A stretch of DNA of 47,239 nt. Origin: Deltaproteobacteria bacterium. Lineage in GTDB: Bacteria > CG2-30-53-67. This document shows, one piece after another, positions 31,483 to 42,646 of this stretch. Positions within the stretch are counted from its first letter, which is position 1, and every line of letters begins with the position of its first letter. The position numbers and the translations under genes were made by a program. The notes beneath the pieces were generated by a model that saw nothing but the letters and a program-made list of their open reading frames with translations, had not been told where the DNA came from and made no database searches. The stretch is from contig JAADIO010000033.1 of NCBI GenBank assembly GCA_013151235.1, positions 62,001 to 109,239 of the forward strand, in the 5' to 3' direction.

Positions 31483-31561
31483 TGGTTCTCCCCATTTTCT
31501 TTCTTATTCTTAATCGATCTTTTGTGACATTGAATATGATTAAGATTTAAGATGAAAAAGA

Positions 31562-32491
31562 CTATTCCAACTCCTGTACCCACCCCTGCGTCAGTCCGTA
31601 ACGTTCCATAATCGTCTTCGCCTCGTCATACTCTTCGGGCGTAATCCTTCGAGCGATCTCCGGAATCCCCGTCGCTTTGTAGGCGGGAAAATACTGGCTC
31701 ATGAGACTGACATAGGTGCATGGAGAAAGATCCGCCGCCAGAAACCGCATGATCGCCTCCGTACCGGAGATTCCGCCGGGAAGCACAAGATGACGTATCA
31801 ATAATCCCGTCCGGGCGATCCCCGCTTCGTCAAGTTTCAGATCCCCCACCTGCCGGTGCATCTCGATGACGGCCCGGCGGTTTACCTCCGGGTAATCGGA
31901 CGCTCCGGAGTATCGCCGGGCATTGCCGCCGTCGCTGTAACGCATGTCCGTCAGGTAGATGTCGACGATCCCTTCCAATAGCTGAAGGGTCTCCACGTCA
32001 TCATAGCCGCTGCTGTTATAGACAATGGGGATTGTAAGCCCCCCGGCCCTTGCCGGTCTGAGCCCGGCCAACAGGTGCGGGACTGCATGCGTGGGGGTCA
32101 CCCAGTTAATATTGTGGGCGCCCTGCTCCTGCAGCCGAAGCATTATCTCCGCCAGGGCCGCCGGGTTTGTCTCCACACCGTTTCCGCTCTGGCTGATCGG
32201 ATAATTCTGGCAATAGACACAGGCAAGATTGCAGTGCGTGACAAAGATCGTCCCCGAACCCCGCCGACCGGAGATCGGAGGTTCCTCACCAAAATGAAGA
32301 TCGGCGCTTGCAATTCGTAACTGATCATCCGCTCCGCAGGCACCCGTTTCACCCGCCCGTCGGTCCACGCCGCATTTTTCAGGACAAAGACGACAGGCAG
32401 GCCCCATCAGCGCCCGGGCCTTTTCGATCCGTTCCAAAAAATCGGTTTCACTCAGCTCGCAATATCGGGCAGGGCTTTTTGTCATCGTCAT
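31562..32491 (-). CDS. Radical SAM protein (PflX-like)
   Basis: CNLACVYCQN (CxxxCxxC); additional CRLCPEKC; HFGEEP; IRHLVLPG; MSQYFP. Confidence 0.9.
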   Translation of the reverse strand: MTMTKSPARYCELSETDFLERIEKARALMGPACRLCPEKCGVDRRAGETGACGADDQLRIASADLHFGEEPPISGRRGSGTIFVTHCNLACVYCQNYPISQSGNGVETNPAALAEIMLRLQEQGAHNINWVTPTHAVPHLLAGLRPARAGGLTIPIVYNSSGYDDVETLQLLEGIVDIYLTDMRYSDGGNARRYSGASDYPEVNRRAVIEMHRQVGDLKLDEAGIARTGLLIRHLVLPGGISGTEAIMRFLAADLSPCTYVSLMSQYFPAYKATGIPEIARRITPEEYDEAKTIMERYGLTQGWVQELE

Positions 32492-32504
32492 GAGCCGGCC
32501 CCTT

Positions 32505-33625
<1,121 letters not shown>

Positions 33626-33629
<4 letters not shown>

Positions 33630-34909
33630 CGCCGCCCCTTCATGAGAGGATCCGAGTAAACTACCTTCCCCCGTACCAGCGTACAGACCGCTTTGCCTTT
33701 CAGCTTCCGGCCCGCAAAGGGGGTGTTGAAACTGAGCGAACGGAATCGGGCCGCATCCACGGTAAAGAGAAGATCGGGATCGATCAGGGTGACATCCGCA
33801 GCCCTCCCTTCACTCAGGGAACCTCCCTGCAGTTTGAGAATCCGGGCCGGTGCGACGGACATTCGGTCTACAAGTTGCGCCGGAGTCAACCACCCCTCAT
33901 GAACCAGTTGCAACAAGAGCGGGAGAGAGGTTTCCAGACCGACCATACCAAAGGCCGCCCGGTCGAATTCCACTTCCTTTTCGGCGATATTATGGGGGGC
34001 GTGATCGGACGCAACGGCATCGATCGTTCCGTCCGCCAGACCTGCGATCAGCGCCTGCCGGTCTTTCTCACGGCGCAACGGCGGATTAACCTTCAGGTTC
34101 GTATCATAACCGGTGAGCGACTCATGGGTAAGACTCAGATGATGCGGCGTTACTTCAGCCGTCACCTTAACCCCCCGCGACTTGGCCTCACGGATCCTTT
34201 TCACCGTTCCCTCTGCACTGACGTGAGCCACATGAAGGACGGCGCCGGTCAACTCCGCCAGCAGGATATCCCGTTCCACCATACTCTCTTCCGACGCAGA
34301 AGGGATCCCCCGAAGTCCGAGACGGGTCGAGACCGCCCCCTCGTGCATCACACCGTCGGTGCAGATCGTAAGGTCCTCCGCATGGGTAATCACGGGGAGA
34401 CCGAATGTGCCGGCATACTCCATGGCACAGCGCATGACCCGACCGTTCATCACCGGCCGGCCATCATCACTGAGCGCCACAATTCCCATCTCCGCCATGT
34501 CACCGATCTCGGCAAGTTCTTCCCCGTCCGACCTTCGAGTGATCGCACCCACTGGATGGACGGAAACAGCGGCGGATCGGGCACGGGTCAGTATAAAATC
34601 GGTGACCGATCCATTATCGTTGACCGGGTCAGTATTCGGCATACAGGCCACGGCCGTGAACCCGCCTGCAGCGGCGGAGCGACAACCCGTTTCAATCGTT
34701 TCCTTGTATTCGTATCCCGGCTCCCGAAAGTGGACATGCATATCAATCAGTCCCGGCACCACCCACAACCCTTCCGCGTCGATCGCATGATTCCCGGCAA
34801 GATCTTTCCCGATTTGCAGGATGCGGCCTTTGTCGATGACAAGATCGCCTTTTCCGTCTCTCCCGTTTGCCGGGTCGATAATTCTTCCACCCTTGATGAT
34901 CAGACTCAC
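33626..34909 (-). CDS. pyrC: Dihydroorotase
   Basis: [27 protein letters not shown]. True start is GTG 34909, overlapping the pyrB stop (GTGA); the track extension to 35191 is spurious. Confidence 0.97.
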
Positions 34910-35832
34910 CGTTTCGCTCCGGAATAGAGATAGAGGGTTGCCATCCGGACGGCAACTCCGTTGGTTACCTGGTCGAGGATGATTGAATAGGGTCCGTCGG
35001 CCACATCGGGGGCGATCTCCACCCCCCGGTTGATCGGTCCCGGGTGCATGATAATGAGGTCTTTCTTCGCCCCCCGGAGGCGCTGCCGGGTCAGGCCGAA
35101 GAACCGGGCGTACTCCCGGTCCGAAGGAAACAGGCTCTTCTCCTGCCGCTCCTTTTGGATTCGAAGCATCATGATCACGTCCACCCCGCAAATCGCCTCA
35201 TCAAGGCTTCGGCAGACCTCCACATCCATCGACTCGATCCCCACGGGAATCATGGTCCCCGGCCCGGCGATCCGGACGGAGGCCCCTAATTTACGTAGGG
35301 CCAGAATGTTGGAACGGGCAACACGGCTGTGGGTAATATCTCCGACAATGGCGATCGTGAGACCGTCGAACTTCTTCTTCCGTTCCCGAATCGAAAAAAG
35401 ATCCAACAGGGCCTGCGTCGGGTGTTCGTGGGCTCCGTCACCGGCATTGATCACGGAACAGTCGAGCATCCGGGAGAGGAAATGGGCCGTCCCGGCCGCT
35501 CCGTGGCGTACGATCAGGATATCGGCGTTCATCGCTTCGATATTCCAGGCCGTATCCTTGAGGCTCTCTCCTTTCAGAATACTGCTGCTCGAAGCGGAGA
35601 TATTGATTACATCGGCGGAGAGCCTTTTGCCGGCAAGCTCAAAGGAGGTCCGGGTACGGGTGGAGGGTTCCAGAAAAAGATTGACCACGGTCACCCCCCG
35701 CAGGGCGGGGACCTTTTTGATCTCCCGGAGAGAGACATCCTTGAAGGACTCGGCCGTATCAAGGAGGGTCTCAATCTCTTCCCGGCTCAGGTCCTCTATG
35801 CCCAGCAGATCCTTTCGTTTACCCCAGGCCAT
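34906..35832 (-). CDS. pyrB: Aspartate carbamoyltransferase catalytic subunit
   Basis: [30 protein letters not shown]. Confidence 0.98.
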   Translation of the reverse strand: MAWGKRKDLLGIEDLSREEIETLLDTAESFKDVSLREIKKVPALRGVTVVNLFLEPSTRTRTSFELAGKRLSADVINISASSSSILKGESLKDTAWNIEAMNADILIVRHGAAGTAHFLSRMLDCSVINAGDGAHEHPTQALLDLFSIRERKKKFDGLTIAIVGDITHSRVARSNILALRKLGASVRIAGPGTMIPVGIESMDVEVCRSLDEAICGVDVIMMLRIQKERQEKSLFPSDREYARFFGLTRQRLRGAKKDLIIMHPGPINRGVEIAPDVADGPYSIILDQVTNGVAVRMATLYLYSGAKR

Positions 35833-35916
35833 CAGCGCCGCCTCTTCGTGCCCGGCCGGAACCTGCCGTCCCGGCCCGGAAACCCTTGAACCTCGTCCTC
35901 TTCCCGTTGCATCATA

Positions 35917-36480
35917 TTACTTTCCGAGTTCCCGGAGGATCACACCATCCTCCTCCCCGTCCTCGGAAAAACGGACACGGATCGTCTGCTCCAGGGAGGT
36001 GGGAATATACTGCCCCGTATAGTTTGCCCGAATCGGGAGTTCCCGGTGTCCCCGGTCCACAAGGACGGCCAACTGGATCTTCCGGGCCCGTCCCAGATCC
36101 ATGATCCCGTCAAGCGCCGCCCGAATCGTCCTCCCGGTGAAGAGAACATCGTCCACCAGAATAATATTGTGATCCTCCAGCGGACCGGGAATTTCCGTCC
36201 GGATCAGCTCCGGTTGGTCGATCCGGGATCTCAGGTCATCCCGGTACAGGCTGATATCGAGGATCCCGACGGGAAGAACCACCCCTGTCGTTTCCCGGAT
36301 TCTCACGGCGATTCTGCCGGCCAGATGAGCGCCGCGGCTTCGGATCCCGACAAGTGTCACATCGGTGAGATCCGGGTTTTCCCGGACGATCCGTGCCGCC
36401 AGGTCCCGGATTAATTCGGCCATCCCCGCAGCATCGATGACCCGGGTTTCCGCCTGTTGATGTTTCCGTGAACCGGACAT
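35917..36480 (-). CDS. pyrR: PyrR family (uracil phosphoribosyltransferase / pyr regulator)
   Basis: LDISLYRDD, LVDDVLFTGRTIRAALD, DRGHRELPIRA; first gene of the pyr cluster. Confidence 0.93.
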   Translation of the reverse strand: MSGSRKHQQAETRVIDAAGMAELIRDLAARIVRENPDLTDVTLVGIRSRGAHLAGRIAVRIRETTGVVLPVGILDISLYRDDLRSRIDQPELIRTEIPGPLEDHNIILVDDVLFTGRTIRAALDGIMDLGRARKIQLAVLVDRGHRELPIRANYTGQYIPTSLEQTIRVRFSEDGEEDGVILRELGK

Positions 36481-36493
36481 GGTCACAAACCAT

Positions 36494-36527
36494 AAAAAAG
36501 GCCTCTTGCCCGATCAGCAAGAAGGCC
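36494..36527 (-). terminator. Attenuator terminator in the pyr leader
   Basis: Minus strand GGCCTTCTTGC-TGATCGG-GCAAGAGGCC-TTTTTT, between the promoter and pyrR. Confidence 0.85.
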
Positions 36528-36570
36528 GTAAATCCCCAACATCAAAGGAGTGCCTGAAAAGTACCCGCAT
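36514..36570 (-). CDS. Putative pyr leader peptide (MRVLFRHSFDVGDLRPSC)
   Basis: AGGAG 5 nt upstream of ATG 36570. The 18 codons run through the terminator 5' arm and the TGA lies in the hairpin loop. Confidence 0.5.
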   Translation of the reverse strand: MRVLFRHSFDVGDLRPSC

Positions 36571-36597
36571 ATCCGCTCCTGAAACTAAATCTTGAGA

Positions 36598-36625
36598 ATT
36601 GTAGCACAACAGAAGGCGTTGTCAA
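36598..36625 (-). promoter_or_regulatory. Putative sigma70 promoter of the pyr operon
   Basis: TTGACA-16 bp-TACAAT with an extended -10 TG. Confidence 0.75.
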
Positions 36626-36698
36626 GAAAATAAAGGGACAAAACAAGAGCGGGACTTCCAGCGGAAGAGATCACGGCGAAAAATCCATCGGGGCCCCC

Positions 36699-37334
36699 TC
36701 AACGGAGGATCTTTCCGATACGGCCGAGACGGGGCCGCTTCGTCTCACGGTCCCAGGACCAGTAGATGATGAGGGCCTTGCCCAGGATCTCATCCTGTTT
36801 TACAAATCCCCAGAAGCGGCTGTCGTAGCTGCCGTCGCGGTTGTCCCCCATCATGAAATAGGAATGGGGCGGCACGGTAACGGGACCGAAGTTGTCCCGG
36901 TTGCCGGGGATAATTCTGCTGTTACGGTGTCGGTGTGCCACGTAAGGGTCCGGCAGCGGCTTCCCGTTGATATAAACGATCTTGTTGCGGACCTCAATGG
37001 TATCCCCCGGCACCCCGATCAACCGTTTGATAAAGTCCCGGCTTTCATCTCTTGGATACTTGAAAACAACAATATCCCCCCGTTGCGGTTTGCGTACCGG
37101 AAGGACGGAAATATCCGTAAAGGGAATATGGGTCCCGTAGATAAACTTGTTCACCAGAATATGATCGCCGATTTGCAGGGTTTCCAGCATGGACCCCGAC
37201 GGGATCTTGAAAGCCTGAACGACAAAGGTCCGGATAAAGAGAGCCAGCACCACGGCAATAAGAATGGCCTCGATATTCTCACGCCAGAAGGATTTCGGCC
37301 GTACGTTCTTCTCTGCAACTTTTCTTTTCGACAT
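36699..37334 (-). CDS. lepB: Signal peptidase I
   Basis: IPSGSM (catalytic Ser), FIKRLIG (Lys), GDNRDGSYDSR; start ATG 37334. Confidence 0.97.
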   Translation of the reverse strand: MSKRKVAEKNVRPKSFWRENIEAILIAVVLALFIRTFVVQAFKIPSGSMLETLQIGDHILVNKFIYGTHIPFTDISVLPVRKPQRGDIVVFKYPRDESRDFIKRLIGVPGDTIEVRNKIVYINGKPLPDPYVAHRHRNSRIIPGNRDNFGPVTVPPHSYFMMGDNRDGSYDSRFWGFVKQDEILGKALIIYWSWDRETKRPRLGRIGKILR

Positions 37335-37428
37335 GATTTCCTTCCTGTTTGAATAGGATTTCAACAAGCAAGCGGATTTATCATACGACTCCCATACAAG
37401 AAAAACAAGACGAAACCGGCGAACACAG

Positions 37429-39237
37429 CTATCCGTCCTTCTCCATTCTCAGAACGGACATGAAGGCCTCCTGGGGGATCTCCACCTTCCCCACGCTCTT
37501 CATCCGCTTCTTGCCTTCTTTCTGTTTTTCCAGGAGCTTCCGCTTGCGGGAGATGTCCCCGCCGTAACACTTGGCGGTCACATTCTTCCGGAGGGCCTTG
37601 ATCGTTTCCCGGGCAATCACCTTGTTGCCGACGGCCGCCTGAATCACGACTTCATATAACTGGCGGTGAATAATTCGTTTCAGTTTCAGGGCCAGGTTCC
37701 GCCCGCGGTAGTAGGCCCGCTCCGTATGCACAATGACCGAAAGGGCGTCAACAAGTTCTCCGTTTATGAGGATGTCGAGACGGACCATCTTCGCCTCCCG
37801 ATAACCGGAAAACTCGTAATCAAAAGAAGCATACCCGCGGGTCGCCGATTTCAGCCGGTCATAGAAATCGACGACGATCTCGTTGAGGGGCAACTCATAT
37901 TGAATCGAGGCCCGGTGTGTACCGTGATATTCAATCCCCTTCTGGGTCCCCCGCCGTTCCTGGGCCAATGTGATGACGGCCCCCACATACTCCTTCGGCA
38001 CCATAATCGTTGACAGAATCACCGGCTCCATGATCTTTTCAATCTTCTGAACGGGCGGAAGCTTCGAGGGATTTTCAATCAACAGCTCTTCTCCCGTGAC
38101 CTCAATCACCCGGTAGATCACCGTGGGGGAGGTGGTAATCAGGGGGATCTCGAACTCCCGTTCCAGCCGCTCCTGAACGATCTCCATATGGAGAAGCCCC
38201 AAGAACCCGCAGCGGAACCCAAACCCCAGCGCGTTGGATGTCTCCGGATCATAGGAAAAGGAGGAGTCATTCAACTGCAGTTTGTCCATGGCATCGTTCA
38301 GCAATCGGTAATCCTTGCTATCGACCGGGTAGAGTCCGGCGAAGACCATCGGCTTCACCTGCTGGAAACCGGGGAGGGGCAGGGACGCCTGCCGTGCGGC
38401 ATCGGTCACGGTATCCCCCACCTGGGTGTCCCGGACGTTCTTGATTCCGGCCATGAAGAAGCCGACATCTCCCACGGAGAGTTTTTTCATCGGCGTCGGA
38501 CGGGGAGTGAAGACGCCCACCTGCTGCACCTCATACTCTTTGCCGGTGGCCATCATCCGGATCCGCATTCCCGGTGTGATCGAACCATCAATGATCCGGA
38601 TCAGAGAGACCGTCCCGAGGTAGGGATCAAACCAGGAGTCAAAGAGGAGCGCTTTCAGGGGAGCCGCCGGATCTCCCGTGGGGGGCGGCACGTAATGAAT
38701 GATCGCCTCCAGGACCTCGCCGATCCCCTGCCCGGTCTTGGCACTCACCGGGATGGACTGGGAGGCATCCAGTCCGATTACTTCCTCGATCTCCGCTTTG
38801 GTTCTCTCGATATCTGCACTGGGCAGATCGATTTTGTTCAGCACGGGGACCAATTCGAGATCGTGATCCAGGGCCAGGTAGACATTCCCCACCGTCTGGG
38901 CTTCGACCCCCTGGGCGGCATCCACAACTAAAAGCGCCCCCTCGCAGGCCGTCAGGCTTCGGGAGACCTCGTAGTTGAAATCGACATGCCCCGGAGTATC
39001 AATCAGGTTCAGACAATACTCCCGACCATCCTGCGCGCAATAGAGAAGACGGACCGTCTGTGCCTTGATGGTAATCCCCCGTTCACGCTCGATCTCCATC
39101 TGATCGAGGAACTGGTCTTTTTTCTCCCGGTCGCTCAAGGCCCCCGTAGCCTCCAGGATCCTGTCGGCCAGGGTCGATTTACCATGATCGATGTGGGCAA
39201 TAATGGAAAAATTTCGAATCCGTTCAACCGCCGGCAT
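37429..39237 (-). CDS. lepA: Elongation factor 4 (LepA)
   Basis: [49 protein letters not shown]; start ATG 39237. Confidence 0.99.
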   Translation of the reverse strand: MPAVERIRNFSIIAHIDHGKSTLADRILEATGALSDREKKDQFLDQMEIERERGITIKAQTVRLLYCAQDGREYCLNLIDTPGHVDFNYEVSRSLTACEGALLVVDAAQGVEAQTVGNVYLALDHDLELVPVLNKIDLPSADIERTKAEIEEVIGLDASQSIPVSAKTGQGIGEVLEAIIHYVPPPTGDPAAPLKALLFDSWFDPYLGTVSLIRIIDGSITPGMRIRMMATGKEYEVQQVGVFTPRPTPMKKLSVGDVGFFMAGIKNVRDTQVGDTVTDAARQASLPLPGFQQVKPMVFAGLYPVDSKDYRLLNDAMDKLQLNDSSFSYDPETSNALGFGFRCGFLGLLHMEIVQERLEREFEIPLITTSPTVIYRVIEVTGEELLIENPSKLPPVQKIEKIMEPVILSTIMVPKEYVGAVITLAQERRGTQKGIEYHGTHRASIQYELPLNEIVVDFYDRLKSATRGYASFDYEFSGYREAKMVRLDILINGELVDALSVIVHTERAYYRGRNLALKLKRIIHRQLYEVVIQAAVGNKVIARETIKALRKNVTAKCYGGDISRKRKLLEKQKEGKKRMKSVGKVEIPQEAFMSVLRMEKDG

Positions 39238-39360
39238 GGTCGGGTCTGCTTTCCAAGGTCCACTGCATGAGAATCTGCTGAATTTGGAATAATAGGACAA
39301 GCATCCGTTCTTTGTCAAAAGAAATCGGATTCCGGTTCCGATCCGGAAAGATTGAAAGGA

Positions 39361-40857
39361 TCAGGAGGCGGGAAGCGTCAGGGAAGGGAGGGCGACTTCC
39401 TGCCCTGCGGTCGGAGCTTCGTCCAGGACAGGAAGAACAACATGGAAGGTGACCCCTCCCCCGGGCCGGTTTTCAGCCCGAATCCGTCCGGCATGACCGT
39501 CAATGATCTCCTTGCAGATGGAAAGTCCCAGACCGGATCCGGTCACTTCATAGATTTCACCTTCGTGAAGCTGTGCATACTTTTCAAAAATATCTTCCAG
39601 ATGCTCTTTTGGAATCCCGGGACCCGAATCCGATATCGCAACGGTCCATGCGGGAGGTTCCTCCGAATAAGATGCTTCGATCTTAATCTTCCCCCTGTCG
39701 GGAGTAAACTTGACTGCATTGCTCAACAGGTTGCTGATTACCTGAATCAGACGTCTTTTGTCACCCCGGAGAGAGATCTGTGACGGGACATTTTCTATGG
39801 AGATCTCAATATTCTTCTTCCGGCAGGCTCCCGAATAGACGGAGACGGAATGATCAATGATCTTCCGCAGATCGATGGGAAGAAAACGGTACTCCATCCG
39901 GCCCGATTCGATCCTGGAAAGGTCAAGGTAGTCGCTGATCAGATCGGAAAGACGCTGACTCTCATGAACGATCGTCTGCAGAAACTCGTTCCGGGTCTCT
40001 TCCGGTTCATCCTTGTACCGGAGGAGGAGATCAGCATAGGAGAGAATCGAGGTCAAAGGAGTCCGCAGGTCATGGGCCACGATTTCAAGAAACTTCGTCT
40101 TCCGAAGGTCCTCTTCCCGGAGCTTCTCATTCGCTTTTTGCAACTGGCCCGCCTGTTTCTCCAGGATAAACATCATGTCGTTGAAACTTTCCCCGAGCCG
40201 CTGCACCGGATCCCGGTGAGCAATCCGATAAATCTCGCATGCCTCACAGCCACAGTTATCCATCGTTTCCGGGAAGCGGCTGCAACAGTAGTCCCGGCCG
40301 AAATGCCAGCATCTCAGATGCGGCGACAGATAAGCCGGGCAGGCATGAAGGGCGCAATCCTTGATCTCCCAGCAGTTAATCAGATCGGGATTATCATACC
40401 GGACGGAGAGATCCCCGCCGGGCCGAACCTGGTCGATCAGACGGACGATCTCCCCATGTGCCTCCTCCAGCCGCATCTCTGCGATCATGATCCGGTCCCG
40501 TTCTTCCCGGAGTGCCCGATAGCTCTGCTTCACCCGTCCGTAATAGCAGATCAGGGTTCCCACAATCACCAGGACCACGGAATTCACGGCGCCGCTGACG
40601 GGCGAGATTACCTTCCAGAGAGTGCGATCCCCCATAAAAAGGAGCAGAGGCTGTATTAGATGCCCGAAAGATCGTGAAAGGGAAAAAACGGCGATCGCCA
40701 GGGAAACCCAGTAAAGATAGGCAAAAAGGGGATGATCCGGATGCTTTCGGGTCAACTTTTTCGAAGCGGATACGCAGGCAACCGCTATAATCAGAGAAAG
40801 GAGAGAACCGATAACATCGGTAACATAGATAGGCCACATGGGGAGAGTAAAATTCAC
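39361..40857 (-). CDS. Membrane sensor histidine kinase with a Cys-rich (two-CW-type) insert
   Basis: N-terminal TM helices; CW..C..C..CW..CC..CxCxxC segment; H box AHDLRTPL, N box NLLSNAVKF, DSGPGI, GSGLGL. Confidence 0.92.
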   Translation of the reverse strand: MNFTLPMWPIYVTDVIGSLLSLIIAVACVSASKKLTRKHPDHPLFAYLYWVSLAIAVFSLSRSFGHLIQPLLLFMGDRTLWKVISPVSGAVNSVVLVIVGTLICYYGRVKQSYRALREERDRIMIAEMRLEEAHGEIVRLIDQVRPGGDLSVRYDNPDLINCWEIKDCALHACPAYLSPHLRCWHFGRDYCCSRFPETMDNCGCEACEIYRIAHRDPVQRLGESFNDMMFILEKQAGQLQKANEKLREEDLRKTKFLEIVAHDLRTPLTSILSYADLLLRYKDEPEETRNEFLQTIVHESQRLSDLISDYLDLSRIESGRMEYRFLPIDLRKIIDHSVSVYSGACRKKNIEISIENVPSQISLRGDKRRLIQVISNLLSNAVKFTPDRGKIKIEASYSEEPPAWTVAISDSGPGIPKEHLEDIFEKYAQLHEGEIYEVTGSGLGLSICKEIIDGHAGRIRAENRPGGGVTFHVVLPVLDEAPTAGQEVALPSLTLPAS

Positions 40858-41312
40858 GACAACTCCCCGTCATTATGGAGCATGAAACGGATTCCATAGA
40901 GAAGGCACAACAGCGCCGACAGAAAAAGAACATGATCGAAGCGACCGAAATAATAAAGAAGGGCCGGTAAGGAATGAACCTGAAAGCCGACGGCAAGGTT
41001 GTGTTCCAGCCCGGTAAACGCATAGGGGGACAAATATTCCCGGTAGACATGTACGTAAAAAGTCTGCACATTCCAGACGGCAAAGAGAAATGCGGACAGG
41101 AAGATCCAGGACCAGCCGGAATGGACGGAAGTCCTTCCCTGGTAAAGACGGAGACAGAGATAAATGAGAGATGCAAAAAAGATCAAATGGGCAATCAGGT
41201 GGGAGGTCAACCCCTCCCAGTTGCCGTGTACCTGTGTTGCTTCGGCCGATCCGGAGAGACAGAGAAAGAAGAGAACGGAGAAAGCAATTTTCCAATCAAG
41301 GTTTTTCATCAT
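40854..41312 (-). CDS. Hypothetical His-rich membrane protein
   Basis: Signal peptide ending AEA plus about 3 TM helices bearing His residues; its stop overlaps the kinase start (GTGA). Confidence 0.75.
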   Translation of the reverse strand: MMKNLDWKIAFSVLFFLCLSGSAEATQVHGNWEGLTSHLIAHLIFFASLIYLCLRLYQGRTSVHSGWSWIFLSAFLFAVWNVQTFYVHVYREYLSPYAFTGLEHNLAVGFQVHSLPALLYYFGRFDHVLFLSALLCLLYGIRFMLHNDGELS

Positions 41313-42600
41313 GATATGCCGTTTCCACAAGAAGCATATCGTCAGAAACCTGCAAGACCTTTACCGAAAAAATCAGGGGAAGTGACTTTTGAGGATGCGG
41401 GAGCAAAACTTTGAGATAATTGTTCGTCAGAAAGACCGGAGCACTCTTCCGGGATATTGCCGTTCCGGTGGCCACTGCCTGCAGGGTCCGGCCGACCATC
41501 CGTTCACGGAAACGTCGGTTCTTCGCACATCCCAGCTCACGGAGAAACTGGCAGCGTTCCTTTTTTACATCGCCGGGCACCCCCCCGTTCAGGTCCGCGG
41601 CAACAGTCCCCGACCGAACGGAATAGGGAAAAACATGAAAATGAGTTAGCGGCAGGGTCTCAAGAAATTGAAAGGACCGCTCGAAGGAGGCATCATCCTC
41701 CCCCGGAAAACCGGCGATCAAGTCGGTGCCGATGGCCATTGCCGGATCCCGTTCCCGGAGGCGCAAAACGAGATCTGCATATCGTTCCGTCCGGTAGGGC
41801 CGTTTCATTCGCGCCAGAATGGCGTCATCGCCGCATTGCAGGGGAATATGGAGGTGATTGCAGACCTTCTCCTCCCCCGTAACCAGATCGATCAGCGCGT
41901 CATCAACCTCCATCGGCTCCAGAGAAGAGAGGCGAATCCGGAAATCCCCCGGAATGCGGATCAACCGTGCCAGGAGTTTTGACAAACCACCCGGTTCCCG
42001 CCGGTCCACTCCGTAGGCCCCTAAATGAATGCCGGAAAGGACGATCTCCGGGTATCCGTTTTGCACAAAGGTCTCCACCTGGCGGATGACCTGCTCCGGG
42101 TCCTCACTTCGATACCGGCCCCGGGCGTAAGGAACAATGCAGTAGGAGCAGAAGGCTTCGCAACCGTCCTGAATCTTTACGAAGGCCCGCGACCGGTTTC
42201 CGAAACGTTCCAGGAGGGCCGATGGACGCGGAACGGAAACCTTTTCTTCCCGTTCCGCCCGGAGGGAAGCATCAATGAGAATCTCCGAAAGCCCCCCATT
42301 CCGCCCCTTCCCCACAACCCGGTCGATGCCGGGAACGGCCTTGATCGCCTCCGGATCGGTCTCGGCATAACAGCCGGTCACCACAATCCGGGCACCGGGA
42401 TTCTCCCGGACAAGACGCCGAATCACCCGTCGGCATTCGGCGTCGGTGCGTGCCGTCACCGTACAGGTATTCAGGATACACAGATCGGCTTTTTCACCCT
42501 CCGATGCGGGGCAATACCCTTCTCTTTCGAGGTTTTCCGCAAGCTGTGCCGACTCGATCTGATTGACCTTGCAGCCAAGGGTTTTTATGAGATAACGCAT
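41296..42600 (-). CDS. mtaB: tRNA t6A37 methylthiotransferase MtaB
   Basis: TLGCKVNQ, NTCTVT, TGCYA, KIQDGCEAFCSYC, HVFPYS; start ATG 42600. Confidence 0.92.
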   Translation of the reverse strand: MRYLIKTLGCKVNQIESAQLAENLEREGYCPASEGEKADLCILNTCTVTARTDAECRRVIRRLVRENPGARIVVTGCYAETDPEAIKAVPGIDRVVGKGRNGGLSEILIDASLRAEREEKVSVPRPSALLERFGNRSRAFVKIQDGCEAFCSYCIVPYARGRYRSEDPEQVIRQVETFVQNGYPEIVLSGIHLGAYGVDRREPGGLSKLLARLIRIPGDFRIRLSSLEPMEVDDALIDLVTGEEKVCNHLHIPLQCGDDAILARMKRPYRTERYADLVLRLRERDPAMAIGTDLIAGFPGEDDASFERSFQFLETLPLTHFHVFPYSVRSGTVAADLNGGVPGDVKKERCQFLRELGCAKNRRFRERMVGRTLQAVATGTAISRKSAPVFLTNNYLKVLLPHPQKSLPLIFSVKVLQVSDDMLLVETAYHDEKP

Positions 42601-42646
42601 GTTATTGACCAATTTTCACTTCAAGTAATTCATTATCCTCAACCAA

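Noticed and set aside
34910-35191. N-terminal extension of pyrC overlapping pyrB
   Set aside because: Homology begins at GTG 34909 with a standard GTGA overlap; the extension is an open frame by chance.
35833-35916. Possible second PyrR attenuator between pyrR and pyrB
   Set aside because: GC-rich, but it has neither a PyrR binding motif nor a U-tract terminator.
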